In this document: in pieces, positions 13,100-25,454 of the stretch
How the letters are laid out: every line of letters begins with the position of its first letter
How positions within the stretch are numbered: position 1 is the first letter of the stretch
Assembly (NCBI GenBank): GCA_035221665.1
Contig: CM069148.1
Location: 11,346,001-11,410,000, forward strand
Length of the DNA: 64,000 nt
From: Okamejei kenojei
Lineage: Eukaryota
Direction of reading: 5' to 3'
Made by a program: the position numbers and the translations under genes
Notes under the pieces: generated by a model
What the model was told of the DNA's origin: nothing
What the model saw: the letters and a program-made list of their open reading frames with translations, nothing else
The model's database searches: none

Positions 13100-14150
13100 G
13101 AAATAGCAGCAACAATAACGTACATAGCAGTTAGTATGAAGCAGAAAGTGAACAAGGCACCAAAACAATTCATGAAAGATTTATCAGAACAAATTTGAGA
13201 CAAAGCACAAAAACCTTTGTAAAAGAGGTGGATTTTAAGGAGACAATTACAGAAATGTTAGAAGATTTCAGCATCTGTGGAAAGAGAAAAAAAATGCAAG
13301 GGAGACATCTTCGTTAAGGGAGACATGACTGGAAGAGAAGCCACAGTGCATTTAACAGTGATAGAAAAAATAAAACTCTTAAATACTGGAATTTCAAACA
13401 GAAATTCAGGATAAACGCAGCATTTCAGAGTCATATTGCACAAAACAGGCCCTTTGGCTCAACTCATCAATGCCCTACCCATGCCAGTCCTGAAAAAAGA
13501 GAACCCAGTTAATGCTTTAGGTTGAAGAGTCTTCTTCTGAACTAAGGAAGAGAGAAAGCAATTTGTTTTAAAGATAACAGGAACTCTGGAGACGCTGCTC
13601 AGAAAGGTGAAATTTAGACCATTGTAATTATGCTGACTGAAAATTAAATTAGATTTGCTCATTAGTTTCTGACACCAGCCCTATAAGTACATCAAGAATG
13701 GGGAATGGGGTTAGGAGGGAGCGATATTTCCGCCATGATTGAATGGCAGAGTAGACTTGATGGACTGAATGTCCTAATTCTGCTCCTATTACTCATGACC
13801 TTAAGTGCTCATACACATACTTTTGAAAATGTGACATGGGTTTCTGCCTTCAGGTATTGAAAGTGAGACATGCAGATGTTTAAAGAAGAGATTTCTAATT
13901 TAGCTAGGCAGCCAAAGGCATTAGGAATGCACTAGGAGTCAACCTGGAGGATCAAACAACATTAGAAAGATTTGTGGGGGTGGATGTGGTTACAGGAAAG
14001 GACAACAGAAGAATTTGAAAATCAGCGTGCTGATTTTACAGTGAACACAATGATTTGGTGTACTCTACATGGGCAGAGTTTGCTAACAGCTCAGGTTTAC
14101 TTGTATGCATGGTGAAAGGCCAGCAAAGTGCATTTTAAAAGGACAGGCAA
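13100..14150 (-). mobile_element. Highly degenerate L2-like LINE 3' region, with a CR1 tail inserted at about 13700-13800
   Basis: gatttatcagaacaaatttgagac..aaagaggtggattttaaggag resembles the chondrichthyan L2 3' end. Confidence 0.45.
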
Positions 14151-14199
14151 AATTAAATAGCCCAAATATTTATGAAAGAGATAAAGGCATTCAAGAGGA

Positions 14200-15180
14200 A
14201 GGATCACTTTGCAGGTAGCCAAGAAGAAGCAAGAGGAGTTGTATATGGCCCTGAAGAAATGCAGAGTATACCATAAATCAAGAAACTAGAGGTGCATATA
14301 ACACAACACGATAATCAGAGGGGACTTTAATTTAGATCAGGCAAACCAAACGAAAAGTAAAATTGTGAAGAATAATTTCCTGCATTGTTAAAGAGCTGAT
14401 TTTCTAGATCAGTACAGTTGGGTACCAATGCAGGAAATGGTTATTTCAAATCTAGTAGCATAATGAGCAAGGATTTATTAGTATTCATGGATTTAAGGAG
14501 CCTTTAAAGCTCCGTGATCATAAAATGATCAGAATTTTCTACAAAAATTGAAAGTGATGTTGTTCAGTCTATTGGGGAACAAGTAAATGGTTCAGAAATA
14601 AAACAAATATTTTGTGTCTGGTTTTAAATGCTGCATTACAAATGTCCGGCAAATACTGGAGAACAGCAGTTCTGGAGTGAATGAGGAAATGAAATAAATT
14701 CAAAATGTATTAATAAGGAAAATTAATGCCATTCAATGATATTAAAACCCAACGCATTTATCCTCGTATTTTGAAGGAGATGGTGTTTAAGGAGATAGAA
14801 AATGCATCAGGTGTCATCTTCAAAGGATCCAGCATGGCTAATGAATGAATCTAGAATGGTTCCTGCAGCTTGGAAGACAGCAAATGTAACTCCACAATTT
14901 AAGGAAGGATGTAGATTAAAAACAAGATTCTATACATATGTTCACTTGATATTAGTTGTATGGTAAATGTTGTAGTCTACACTGAAATTAGTGGCCAAAG
15001 CATACTATAGAGTTGGAACTGAGTTTGAATTCAGGGGACATAGGTATTTTTGTACAAAAATGTGTGAACATTCACATGTATAGCAGAAAATCAAGTCAAA
15101 ATGAATGCTGGGCTTTACATAAAAGGATTTTAGTACAAAAATATATTGTTCCTATTGGATATAACCTTGATGAGACCAAT
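14200..15180 (+). mobile_element. Old degenerate CR1 ORF2 fragment
   Basis: gggactttaa (GDFN) and tggaagacagcaaatgtaactccacaatttaaggaagg (WKTANVTP-FK-G) remnants. Confidence 0.7.
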
Positions 15181-15214
15181 GTCTGAAAGTAATATGTGCA
15201 AGGACTGCATTTGG

Positions 15215-15393
15215 AAGATAGACACAAAATGCTGGGGTAATTCAGCGGGACAAGCACCGTCTCTGGAGAGTCTCTGGTGATGTTTGAGGTCGAATTCCTT
15301 CTCTCCAGAAATGCTGCCTGTCCTGCTGAGTTACTCCAGCATTTTGAGTCTATCTTCGAATGTAACCAACGTCTGCAGTTCTTTCCTACACAC
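15215..15393. mobile_element. PLE pLTR-derived fold-back element with 14-bp TSD
   Basis: Inverted arms; aggactg(c/g)atttgg at 15201-15214 and 15394-15407. Confidence 0.85.
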
Positions 15394-15639
15394 AGGACTG
15401 GATTTGGCTTGTTTTCTAATTATGCTATGCTTTATCTCAGAGCTCTGTATCTTTCCTCAATTTGAATATGTCTCTTTTTCTAATCATTCATGTCAAAATT
15501 GGCAATTTACTATGCTCAGATTATAGTAATTTTTTCAGATTTTAGCTTACTTAACTATATTCTTCCACAGCTTCCATATGTCCCAGCTTACTTCTTCGTA
15601 TCATGGCAGCTTTGGCAATTAGACCTTTGGTGCCATTAT

Positions 15640-16492
15640 AATGATGATACAAACGTTAGTGCTTTACAGATAGTGAAGAAGGTTGTGAACAATTTTAGCA
15701 GGATCTGGATCGATTGGCCAGGTTGGCAGAGGGATGGGTGATGGAATTTAATACGGAGAAGTGTGAGGGGTTGCATTTTGGGATGTCAAACAAGGGCAGG
15801 ACCTACACAGTAAATGGTAGGCCTCTGGGTAGTGTGGTAGAGCAGAGGGATCTAGGAGTACAAGTGCATGGTTCCTTGAAGGTCAAGTCACATGTAGATA
15901 AGGTGGTCAAAAAGGCTTTTGGCACTTTGACCTTCATCAGTCAGAGTAAGATGTTGGTGAGACCACATTTAGAATATTGTGTTCCGTTCTGGGCACCATG
16001 TTATGGGAAAGATATTGTCAAGCTTGAAAGAGTTCAGAAATGATTGACGAGGATGTTGCCAGGACTAGAGGGTGTGAGCCATAGGGAGAGGTTAAGTAGG
16101 CTGGGTCTCTATTCCATGGATCGTAGGAGGATGAGGGGAGATCTATAGACGTATACAAAATCATGAGAGGAATAGATTGGGTAGATGCACAGAGTCTTTT
16201 ACGCAGAGTAGGGGAATCAAGATCCAGAGGACATAGGTTCAAAGTGATGGGGAAAAGATTTAACAGGAATCCGAGGGGTAACTTTTTCACACAGAGGGTG
16301 GTTGGTGTATGGAACAAGCTGCCAGAGGAGGTTGTTGAGGGTGGGATTATCCCTTTGTTTAAGAAACAGTTGGACTGGTAAATGGATCAAGTGTAGGCAA
16401 GTGGGACTAGGGTAGCTGGGACATTGTTGGCCGGTGTGGGCGAGTTGGGCCGAAGGGCCTGTTTCCACACTGTATCACTCGATGACTCTATG
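15640..16492 (+). mobile_element. CR1 (HER1-like) LINE, 5'-truncated
   Basis: ORFs with MEFNTEKCEGLHFG, VRPHLEYCV and FFTQRVVGVWNKLP; tail gggccgaagggcctgtttcc..gactctatg. Confidence 0.95.
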
Positions 16493-16904
16493 CATGTTAG
16501 TTATAAAAGGGAGCTTGACTGGCAATGATATTTACACTGATCAGGGCATTTAAACCTGGGATTACTCATTTCTTTATCAGTAATAGAAATTTCTTTGTCC
16601 CGGGAGAAATAAATCTTTAGAAATCTCTGGCTGAGATGACTGAGGAGGCCAAGTTGCTGCATAAACTCATGGACGAGATTGATACGTTTTTACATATTAA
16701 AGAAACCAAGGGATAATTCAGGAGAATGGTGTCACAATCTCATTGAATATCAAAGCAGGCATAAAGAGTGAATGGCATACAATTTCTGGGCCAGTTCCTC
16801 ATCTGCTGGAATTCCCTGAAATTTATTTATTTCCTCTTTGAAAATCACCAATGAGCTTTCGTCCACAATACTCTAGCATAGATAATTCCAGCGATTTACT
16901 GCAT

Positions 16905-17060
16905 ATAACAGCATTTAAAAGATACTTGGACAGTTACATGGACAGGAAAGGTTTAGAGGGAAATGGCCACATGAGGGCAAATGGGACTAGTTTAGATAAG
17001 GCATCTTGGCTGGTATGACTAGTTAGGCCCAAGGACCTGTTTCCACACTCAATTACTCTA
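16905..17060 (+). mobile_element. CR1 3' end fragment
   Basis: gcatttaaaagatacttggacag..aaggacctgtttccacact. Confidence 0.8.
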
Positions 17061-17196
17061 AGATATTCCTATACGCCAGTAAATGCCCATTTGCCCCACC
17101 CCACCACTACCTCCTTATATTTTAACCATGGAAATTGGTGGTTTCAGGAGTGAGAATTTCAGGTCAGACACTCAACTGAAGTCAAGTTGTATTATT

Positions 17197-17503
17197 TAGT
17201 TTTTTTAGTTTAGTTTAGAGATACAGTGCGGAAACAGGCCCTTCAGCTCATCGAGTCCATGCCAGCCAGTAATCCCCGCACACCACACTCACTGGGGACA
17301 CTTTACAATTATATCAAGCCAATTAACCTACAAACCTGTACATCTTTGGAGTGTGGGAGGAAACCGGAGTACCCGGAGAAAACCCATGCAGGTCTTGGGG
17401 AGAATGTACAAACTCCATACAGGCAGCACCTGTAGTCAGGATCGAACCTGGGTCTTTGGCACTGTTAGGCAGTAATTCTACCACTGCGTCACTGAGCCAT
17501 CCT
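17197..17503 (-). mobile_element. HE1-type V-SINE, full length
   Basis: tRNA-derived head (B box ggttcgatcc on minus), V-domain tgtgggaggaaaccggagtacccggagaaaaccca, CR1-like tail with (aaact)n; TSD gt(t/c)gtattatt at 17186-17196 and 17504-17514. Confidence 0.92.
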
Positions 17504-18136
17504 GTCGTATTATTGTTGGATGATGTTGTTCAGGGGCAGCATGTAATTGAAAACCAAGAGATGTGTATACACCGATTCCTTTGAGGCTCCAGAGGTGGCA
17601 CTTTCTCAGAGAACTAGGGATGAGCAGTAAGTGAGAGTTTATCAGTATTGTCTATATTTTGAACAAATTGTCTCAATGGTAAACAGACAAAATAAATTGC
17701 TATTAATCAAAGTAATGGCATTGTTGTGTTTTTCAAAGTATGAATGATTTTTTTTAATTCACCTCAAAAATGATCAGGTGTGCTCCACTTTCTGAACAGT
17801 TCATTTACCTTAAAAGACAGCTGAAAAACATTTACTGCCAGAACATACTGGGCTTTAAATAAATGAATATACTCAATAATTATCTGCTACATTAAGCCTT
17901 TGTAACAATTAAATGTGGTAGCTATAAGTGCATATTCCCTTATTAATACGTTAATAGAATTCATTAAAAAGTTATTCAATCTGAAGCCATTGCCAAGCCA
18001 AGTTATCCACCACAGAAAATGTAAAATTATAGCCACTTTATTTGTATGTTCTTTTTAAAAGATATTTTGATACGCTGATTTATTATTGCTGCAAGAAAAT
18101 CAGGGAAATTGTGCCATTCTTGGTTGAGAACGTTAA

Positions 18137-18494
18137 GGGCCTGTCCCACTTACGCGACCTTTACAGGCGACTGCCGGCACGCGCCATAGGTCGCCGAAAT
18201 TTTCAACATGTTGAAAATTTAGCGGCGACCAGAAAGACGCTACGACTCTTTGGAGACCTTTCACGACCATAGGAGACCTCTCACGACCATGCAGGAGACC
18301 CCTGGCAACATGTTGCGGGTGACCTCTCATGATCATAGGAGACCTGTCACGATCATACAGCCTATGGTCGTGAGAGTCTCCAAAGAGTCGTAGCGTCTTT
18401 CTGGTCGCCGCTGAATTTTCAACGTTGAAAATTTTGGCGACCTATGACGTGTGCCAGCAGTCGTCTGTAAAGGTCACGTAAGCGGGAGAGGCCT
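18137..18494. mobile_element. Palindromic MITE flanked by TTAA (Kolobok- or PIF/Harbinger-type)
   Basis: TTAA|gggcctgtcccactt ... aagcgggagaggcct|TTAA; about 135-bp inverted arms and central 20-bp tandem units. Confidence 0.85.
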
Positions 18495-18629
18495 TTAAGA
18501 AATCATTTGTCCTTAATGTCAATTTAAATCTGGGTTTGTTATCGGACATCCACCGAACTTCACTAAATCATCACAAAAACAGTTTTGGGACAGTGTAAAC
18601 AAACCTCCAATTCCAAAGTGAAAATTAAA

Positions 18630-18750
18630 AATGCAGATGCTGGAAAAATGATAAAGTTCTGACAAAGGGTCTTAGACCTGAAACTTAACTTCGTGTTTCT
18701 CCCGACAGATGTGAGCTGGCACTCTAAGTGCTTCCAGCATTTTGTGTTTT
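18630..18750. mobile_element. Old PLE pLTR-derived fragment
   Basis: tgcagatgctgg..ctgacaaagggtcttagacctgaaac..ttccagcattttgtg. Confidence 0.65.
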
Positions 18751-19238
18751 TATTTTATCACCCTAATTTCAAAGTTCATTTAAGAACAATTTACAGCTAC
18801 TCCACTGTATCAAATGTAAAGTGCATACTTTGTTGCTCGACCAATGTCCATGCAGGACATGGTTTACTCTGGTTTATTCTGACCAGAGGTTTATTCACAA
18901 CTCTGGTTCAATCTACCCTTTTTTTCAGACATGACTCATCTCGTCCCACCATCATCCTGTGCAGCAACAGTGACATTCAGTCTTTGCACCATACCCTGCT
19001 GAGAAACATATTCAGTATATGAAATGGTGACAACATTTTTTGCAGTTTGAAACGGCAGGGTAATAAAACTTTTAAAAAACTAGAAATAATCAGCCTTTTC
19101 TCAGGCATTGTTGCTGGAAAACCATGCTGAGAAATCTCAAAATGAAATAAGCAAGTTTGCTCTAAGGAAATATGGTCTTATCACTCCTATTAAACCGAAA
19201 AGATAATTCAAATAACTATTCCACTTAAGGAGTCTAAC

Positions 19239-19427
19239 CTGGATAAGGTATGCTGGCACAGTAATCATACAGGCAGAGAGAGATGTTCTGAGAAGTCCAC
19301 GGAGTGCATAGAGAAATCTAGTGAGACTGTATGCAGATTCTGGGTTTTCATTAAGGCCAACATCGTCTCCCCATAACACTGAGCCAAGTGAGTGGATTCC
19401 TATTCGCAGGATGTTCCTCTGTTTAGT
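19239..19427 (-). CDS. ELP4: ELP4 coding exon (equivalent to exon 7), 189 bp, phase 0/0
   Basis: Acceptor ctcttcctgcag|, donor |gttaga. Translates [63 protein letters not shown] (within ORF 19137..19460). Confidence 0.97.
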
Positions 19428-20000
19428 CTGCAGGAAGAGAGGTGCAAATGAATGTGACAAAACAGCAGGGGTTTGCTTATAAATGACACCCTTCCTACCC
19501 AGTTTGCATTCTAACTTACAAGATCTACAACAGCTACTGGACAGGTGACGAGTCTTTGAAATTTCTGTCTGGACTTGCTTTCCAGCTGCCTAACGGCTCA
19601 TAAAACAGCTTGTTTCCTTGGCATATCAACAGGGAAGGATACCAGTAGAACCTTAATAAGAGCTGCACTTTTGCAAAAGCCTACATAGCTGCTAGCAAAG
19701 TGCCAAGAAAGGATCAGCGTATGCTAGACTTCCAGCTGGTTTGGGCTAGGATTCTGTTAACAAAAGCTGCCTGTGGTATCACAAACGATTCATGCTACCA
19801 AAAAGGATAGCTTATTCTACACTTTTACTTACATGGAGAGACCAGTTGCCTAGACACACAAAAAGCATTGTGTAAATTTTTGTTTGATCATAAGCGACTG
19901 GTTGTGACAAAGAGTCAAACTGAGATAGAAATCAGATGGAAATGTGCACAAATTAATTGCTGAAAAATATATCCAATAAAATGCACATAATTGAGCAAAT

Positions 20001-20158
20001 NNNNNNNNNNNNNNNNNNNNNNNNNNNNNNNNNNNNNNNNNNNNNNNNNNNNNNNNNNNNNNNNNNNNNNNNNNNNNNNNNNNNNNNNNNNNNNNNNNNN
20101 NNNNNNNNNNNNNNNNNNNNNNNNNNNNNNNNNNNNNNNNNNNNNNNNNNNNNNNNNN
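20001..20158. other. Assembly gap (158 N)
   Basis: Run of N. Confidence 1.
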
Positions 20159-20956
20159 ATTTTTTGACATTCCCTGCTTTGGAAAACCTGTCATCTTGCT
20201 ACAGAAACAGCTAGGCACACTGTACTGTGGGAACTGTTAAGACATGCCTGTTGCCATGGTTACTACTGGGAAGGGGAGAGGTGTCTGTCAGGGACCAATT
20301 TACTTCCCCAAAGGGGTTTTGCCTCCACAGGGAAAGACAGCCTGTCCAGATCTGTGTCGAAATCTCAGTAGAGATTGTGAGCTGAGCAATAACAAGCTAA
20401 ATTAAGAGACAAGCATTAGTAAAGCTAAAGTTGCTATGAAGTTTTTCTTCAGTCAGAGGCTAGGGCTCAGCCAATTTACATGAAATGGTGACTGAACAGC
20501 CTCCTACAAACTTAAATTATCTGATTTTTCGCTGTAACAAAACAAAGATTTTCTTGGTCATGGTTTTGTCAAGGCTACAAGTTTTACAACAAGGATATTT
20601 TCATTACATCAATGAAAAACGCCCAATGTAGCTTAATGTGGAGTCAGGCTAAGCCACTTTCTCGAATGGACAGCTCCTTTTTAGGTGCTCAGTGACTAAT
20701 GATGCCAGAGCACACTGCTTATGCACATCAATGCTTGTACCCAATAGAGTTGAGGAAAGCTCAAAACGTGAGGCAAATGCATATTAACATATGACCCATA
20801 CTCTGTCTTTGCAATGCTTGTTTACTTCATCTATGCTTAGAAACAGCTTGTTCATTGTTGATTATTCCAAGCCCTTCCGGCTGCACCCTGGAGAGCGCTA
20901 TGAAAACAACATTAGTTACTTGATTACAGAAGACACGAAGGGCTTGTGCACCATAC

Positions 20957-21041
20957 CTGGGGACTGGATCCATCAAATCCTTCCTCACGGATGACTCTCT
21001 GTATGGCTCGAAGCAGCTTGACGTAACCAAAGTTCATGTTA
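20957..21041 (-). CDS. ELP4: ELP4 coding exon (equivalent to exon 6), 85 bp, phase 2/0
   Basis: Acceptor ttttttttgatag|, donor |gtatgg. Translates (S)NMNFGYVKLLRAIQRVIREEGFDGSSPQ, compare human [24 protein letters not shown]. Confidence 0.96.
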
Positions 21042-21174
21042 CTATCAAAAAAAAGTGTGAAAAGGAAGTCACAAATTTAAAACATCACTTTAGCACCCTG
21101 TTGGTAGTTTTATGCTAAGGAAAGATGGGACTCAATCCACAACTTTGTACATGGCCATTCTCTATTGACAGAAT

Positions 21175-21310
21175 CTGGGGGGAAGTTGATGAGAATGTGG
21201 GGAGAAAAAAAAAAGATTCATGTAGCATTAGTGCGTTTGGGTGATTGACGGTTGGCGTGGATTCAATGGGCTGAAGGGCCTGTTTTTGTTCCATATCTCT
21301 CTATGACTCT
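21175..21310 (+). mobile_element. HE1 SINE / CR1 3' tail
   Basis: ggttggcgtggattcaatgggctgaagggcctgttt..ctatgactct. Confidence 0.75.
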
Positions 21311-23599
21311 AATATTAAAGTGCATGTCTTTTCTCCAAAACAACCTGAAGGAAAATTGTGATCTTTACCCTGTCTACAGTAGAATTTCATTTATCCAAAC
21401 TGAGAAAATTTCAGTTCAATGCCGATATAGCTGACTTATGATAAGCACATAATTTATCATTAATATTTTATTAATTAATATTTTGCTTTGGGTTACAATT
21501 ATAAATGGAAAACCACCAATACGTTAGATTAAAATGAGGGTATACTTTGCGTGGACCCAATATGAATCTATTACAGATTTGTTATAAACAAATTAAAAAC
21601 TAGCCAAAGTGTTTTTTTATATAACTTGTGGAATAATTACGAAGATTTGCCTAAATTGGGAGTGCTCAGATTTTAGTGCAATACAAAATACATGTATTTT
21701 GCCTTCCATCAGGTTTCTGCAGTACTAGTTCTATTTATAATCAGTGGTCCCAAGCCAGCACAAAATCTTAATTTCATTCTAAACTGCTTAAGTGAAAAAT
21801 AAACCGAACTAATAAATTGAGTTCACAGCACAGCCATATAAATAAAATGCACCCTGGGAGGCAGCCTTCATTCGCTTGTATTAACTACCTCAGTGACCTG
21901 ACACCATATGAAAGGGATATTCTGCAGAGACAAGGATGCCTTAATTATGTCAGGCTCACTTACCTCCTAGAAAATTAATGATTTAATGAAGCAACTTAAA
22001 AGATGAAACCACTACAGCATTTCTGTGTTAAATCATAGATTAATTAACATATCGTTAATGAACTGCCACAGCAAGCACACCTGATCAAAGTCCTAGTCAC
22101 CTGAGCTTATCTTGTTGAAAATTTGCAATTTTAATAAAAACATTTTGCAAAATGTTTTTTTCCCCCATTAATAATAAACTTGTTTGTGCCAACATATGTT
22201 ATTGTTCTAGTCAAGAAAATAAAAATAGAGTGCCATGCAAATATCCATTTTAAACTACATCCAGGTGAAGGTCAATGGAACAAAAATGAACATTAATGGA
22301 GAAAAATGTGCCCCAAAATTTTAGATGTATAAAGTTAAACAATGTACATATTATAATATGATGTATAAAGTAAACAACAGATGTCGTATAACACATTTTT
22401 TTAAAGTGTAAAACAAATAGAACACAGTAAATGAAGTGAAAAAAAAAATTTCATAACTAAATGATTAAATAGCACAGACAAAAGGCACAAATTAATTTCT
22501 GCCATCTTGCATGTGCAAACATATAGCAGGCTATGTCGTTCAGTGTTTATTGTTCTATTTAACGTGACATTTCATTAATTTAAAATATATTTTTGTCAGT
22601 TCCATATCCCAAGAACTATCCATTTCTTTTGAAGTGAAGAGAAACTTAAAACCTTCAAATGAGTGGACAGAGAAAATAGTGAACATGATTAGGCTAAGTT
22701 AGTAACATGTAACATATGGAAATAGCAGAAATATTTGCTTAGTTCTTATCATACTTGCAAAATAAATCTGCCCTTTCGTTCGCTTGACAATGATGTTCTC
22801 CCCCAATCTTCTTCACACTCATCAAGCAGATATCAAAAGTTGATGGTGTTACTTAGATTAACAGACCCAAGGTGAGCATAAAAGACACAATAATGTTTCA
22901 AACGGATTTACAAGAAAAAAACATTAATAATTGAGACGTTTATGCTTTCACCTCCATTTACCCAAACGATAACTAACATTCCAATTACCTGTGAAAGAAT
23001 TTCATTGAGATGAGGTCTGATCAGAAAAGAACAGCCACTGCAGTTTGGTTATGAAAACTTAAGAGTCAATTCAAATTGATCTAAAAATACCATGCCAAAA
23101 GTCTTGGTTTGCACTGTACAGTAAGCCTGAGCTAAATAATAAATCATGCAAGTTAGGAATCCTGAGGTTCTTTAGATTAGATAATCAATTTTTAAAAACT
23201 GTTAACCAATTAGAAAATCAAATCAAGAGATCGTGGAGTTGAAGTTGCCCTGTGTACTAATTATCTGGAAATTACAATATTAAGGTGGGGGTAGGTGTGG
23301 GGAGGGAATCAACCCATTTAGAGGAGGACCAGCATGATACTATTCACCTTGCAACACTGATCCTCCAGAAACATGGTCACTCCAACTTCAATCACTGAAG
23401 TGCAGCGAGTAAGTAAAGCAGGATTATGCACAAACTTCAAGTATTGTCAATTGGATCCCTGAAACATACAGAAGAATAAGTCCTATACTTAACATATGTA
23501 AAACAAAGATCTTCTACTAAACTGCTTCTTTGTATAACATTGCCCTTCAATAGTAAAGGTGCATACTAAAACCCTGAAAATACACCTTTCCCATATCGT

Positions 23600-24030
23600 A
23601 GGAGTCATTTCCCAATGAATTCAGACACTGATGACAAACAGTGCACTCGCATTGTTTTTGGCCAAATAAGGAGTGTTTTAGGTTTAAGACCTCTAAGCAA
23701 GCACAAAACTTATAGCCTGGAAGACAGCAGTGATCTGTCCTCCTGAGTGCTTTTAAGATATGGATACCTATAGCAGGTACCGAAGATACCATCAATGCTG
23801 CCTTGTGAAACTTCACTGGCATGTGAAGCAATCCAATGTCAGCATCCTATCCCTGATCAACATCCCCAGCATTGAGGTCGTAACTGCATTTGATTCGGAA
23901 GGGAAGGTCCCATTATTCTATACCCGGCACCACGCTCTTGAAATATCTACACTAAACACGATCATGGAATGAGATTACTAGCTGGATGAAGATAAAAAAC
24001 CCAAGAATAATTCTCTTTGAAAAATACGGT
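23600..24030 (+). mobile_element. Degenerate RTE (BovB-like) LINE fragment
   Basis: Peptide remnant YHQCCL..W..QSNVSILSLINIPSIE resembles the RTE C-terminal YHQRCLRKIL.I.W.D..TN.SVL..ANIPSIE. Confidence 0.65.
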
Positions 24031-24224
24031 GTATGTTAATCTTAGTCTTTTCTGTCATATAACACAATTCATCAAAAATGCAATAGCATCCCCACCAACC
24101 TTTGTGAATCCCTGTCCCATGGTTATTGAAAATGGAAAAACATTTATTATAATACTGAAAACCAATGCATAAATGTGGTGTAGGCAAGCCTCTGTCAGTG
24201 TTTCGACTTTTCCCTCCCCACCTG

Positions 24225-24420
24225 ACTCCATTTGCTAATTAACCTCTCCTCATTTGGAACCACCAATCGTTTGCCAGCTCTTGCAAAATCCTCCACCTCA
24301 CCTCTTTATACTGTTCATCTTCCCCCTACTCTTTCAGTCCAGATGAAGGGCTTTGACTGTCCATTTCCCTCCACAGATGCTGCCTGACGTGTTCCTCCAG
24401 CAATTTGTTTTTTCCTCACA
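24225..24420 (+). mobile_element. PLE 3' UTR/pLTR fragment
   Basis: ctttcagtccagatgaagggc..ccacagatgctgcctgac..ctccagca. Confidence 0.65.
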
Positions 24421-25034
24421 CACTGCATGCATCTCCTAAACTAACTGCGGCATAGATTAATGGTTCCACAAAGGCTTCATCAGCATTCTCAGAACCGGTG
24501 TGGATGCAAGTTAATCTCAGTCCTGGGGGACTGTTTAAATTAATGACCATCGGGTCTTCTGATTTAAAAAAAACTGTTAAGAAAACTGCATGTTATATGT
24601 ATCTATGTTTGTTGAATGTTTTTTTTTCAGTCTTTGTTCTGGGAATAGTTACCTTCATCACAGATATCCACTTTGTTAATACCCATTGCATCACCTACAA
24701 AACAAGACTATATCTACTTAAAATCACTAACGTGAATTTAGTGTATCCTTAAAGGACGCCTTGGAGTGGGTTAACACAGAATATCAGTTGCACAATTGTT
24801 GTAAGCCATTAAATTTGTTTGAAATCAAATTAAATTGGAAGTAATTGCTCAAAAACAAAACTCCATCAATAGTTTAATTATATCAAAAGTTATGCTTAAA
24901 AAAATAATGGCAGCCTTACGTCGACTGGATACCAATAGCTCTGATGTCCAAAAAATCAACTGATGAACATGAAGACAGAATAGCAATAAATGTTTTTTTT
25001 TTATTGCTGGTGATTCAGAATAATTATGTTATGT

Positions 25035-25454
25035 ATCAAAAAGGCCTTTGGCACATTGGCCTTCATGAGTATTGAGTATAGAAGTTGGGAGGTCATGTTG
25101 CAGTTGTATAAGACTTTGGAGGGACCGCACTTAGAGTATTGTCTTCAGTTCTGGGTACCATGTTATAGGGAAGATATTGTCAAGGTTGAAAGGGTTAAGA
25201 GTAGATTTATGAGGATGTTGCCAGGACAAGAGGGTCTGAGTTATCGGGAGAGGTTGAGTCGGCTGTGTCTCTATTCCTTGGAGCACAGGAGGATGAGGGG
25301 TAATCTTATAGAGGTGCATAAGATCATAAGAGGAATAGATCGGGTAGATGCACAGAGTCTCTTGCCCAGAGTAGGGGAATCAAGGATCAGAGGACATACT
25401 GTAAAGGTTAAAAGGAATAGTGTTCAAGGTGAAAAGGAAAAGATATAATAGGAA
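25035..25454 (+). mobile_element. CR1 LINE fragment, ending at the Helitron insertion
   Basis: ORF 25026..25448 with KKAFGTLAF, PHLEYCLQFW and RRMRGNLIEVHKI. Confidence 0.92.

Noticed and set aside
17420-17500. tRNA-like sequence (also about 61420-61490)
   Set aside because: Head of an HE1 SINE, not a tRNA gene.
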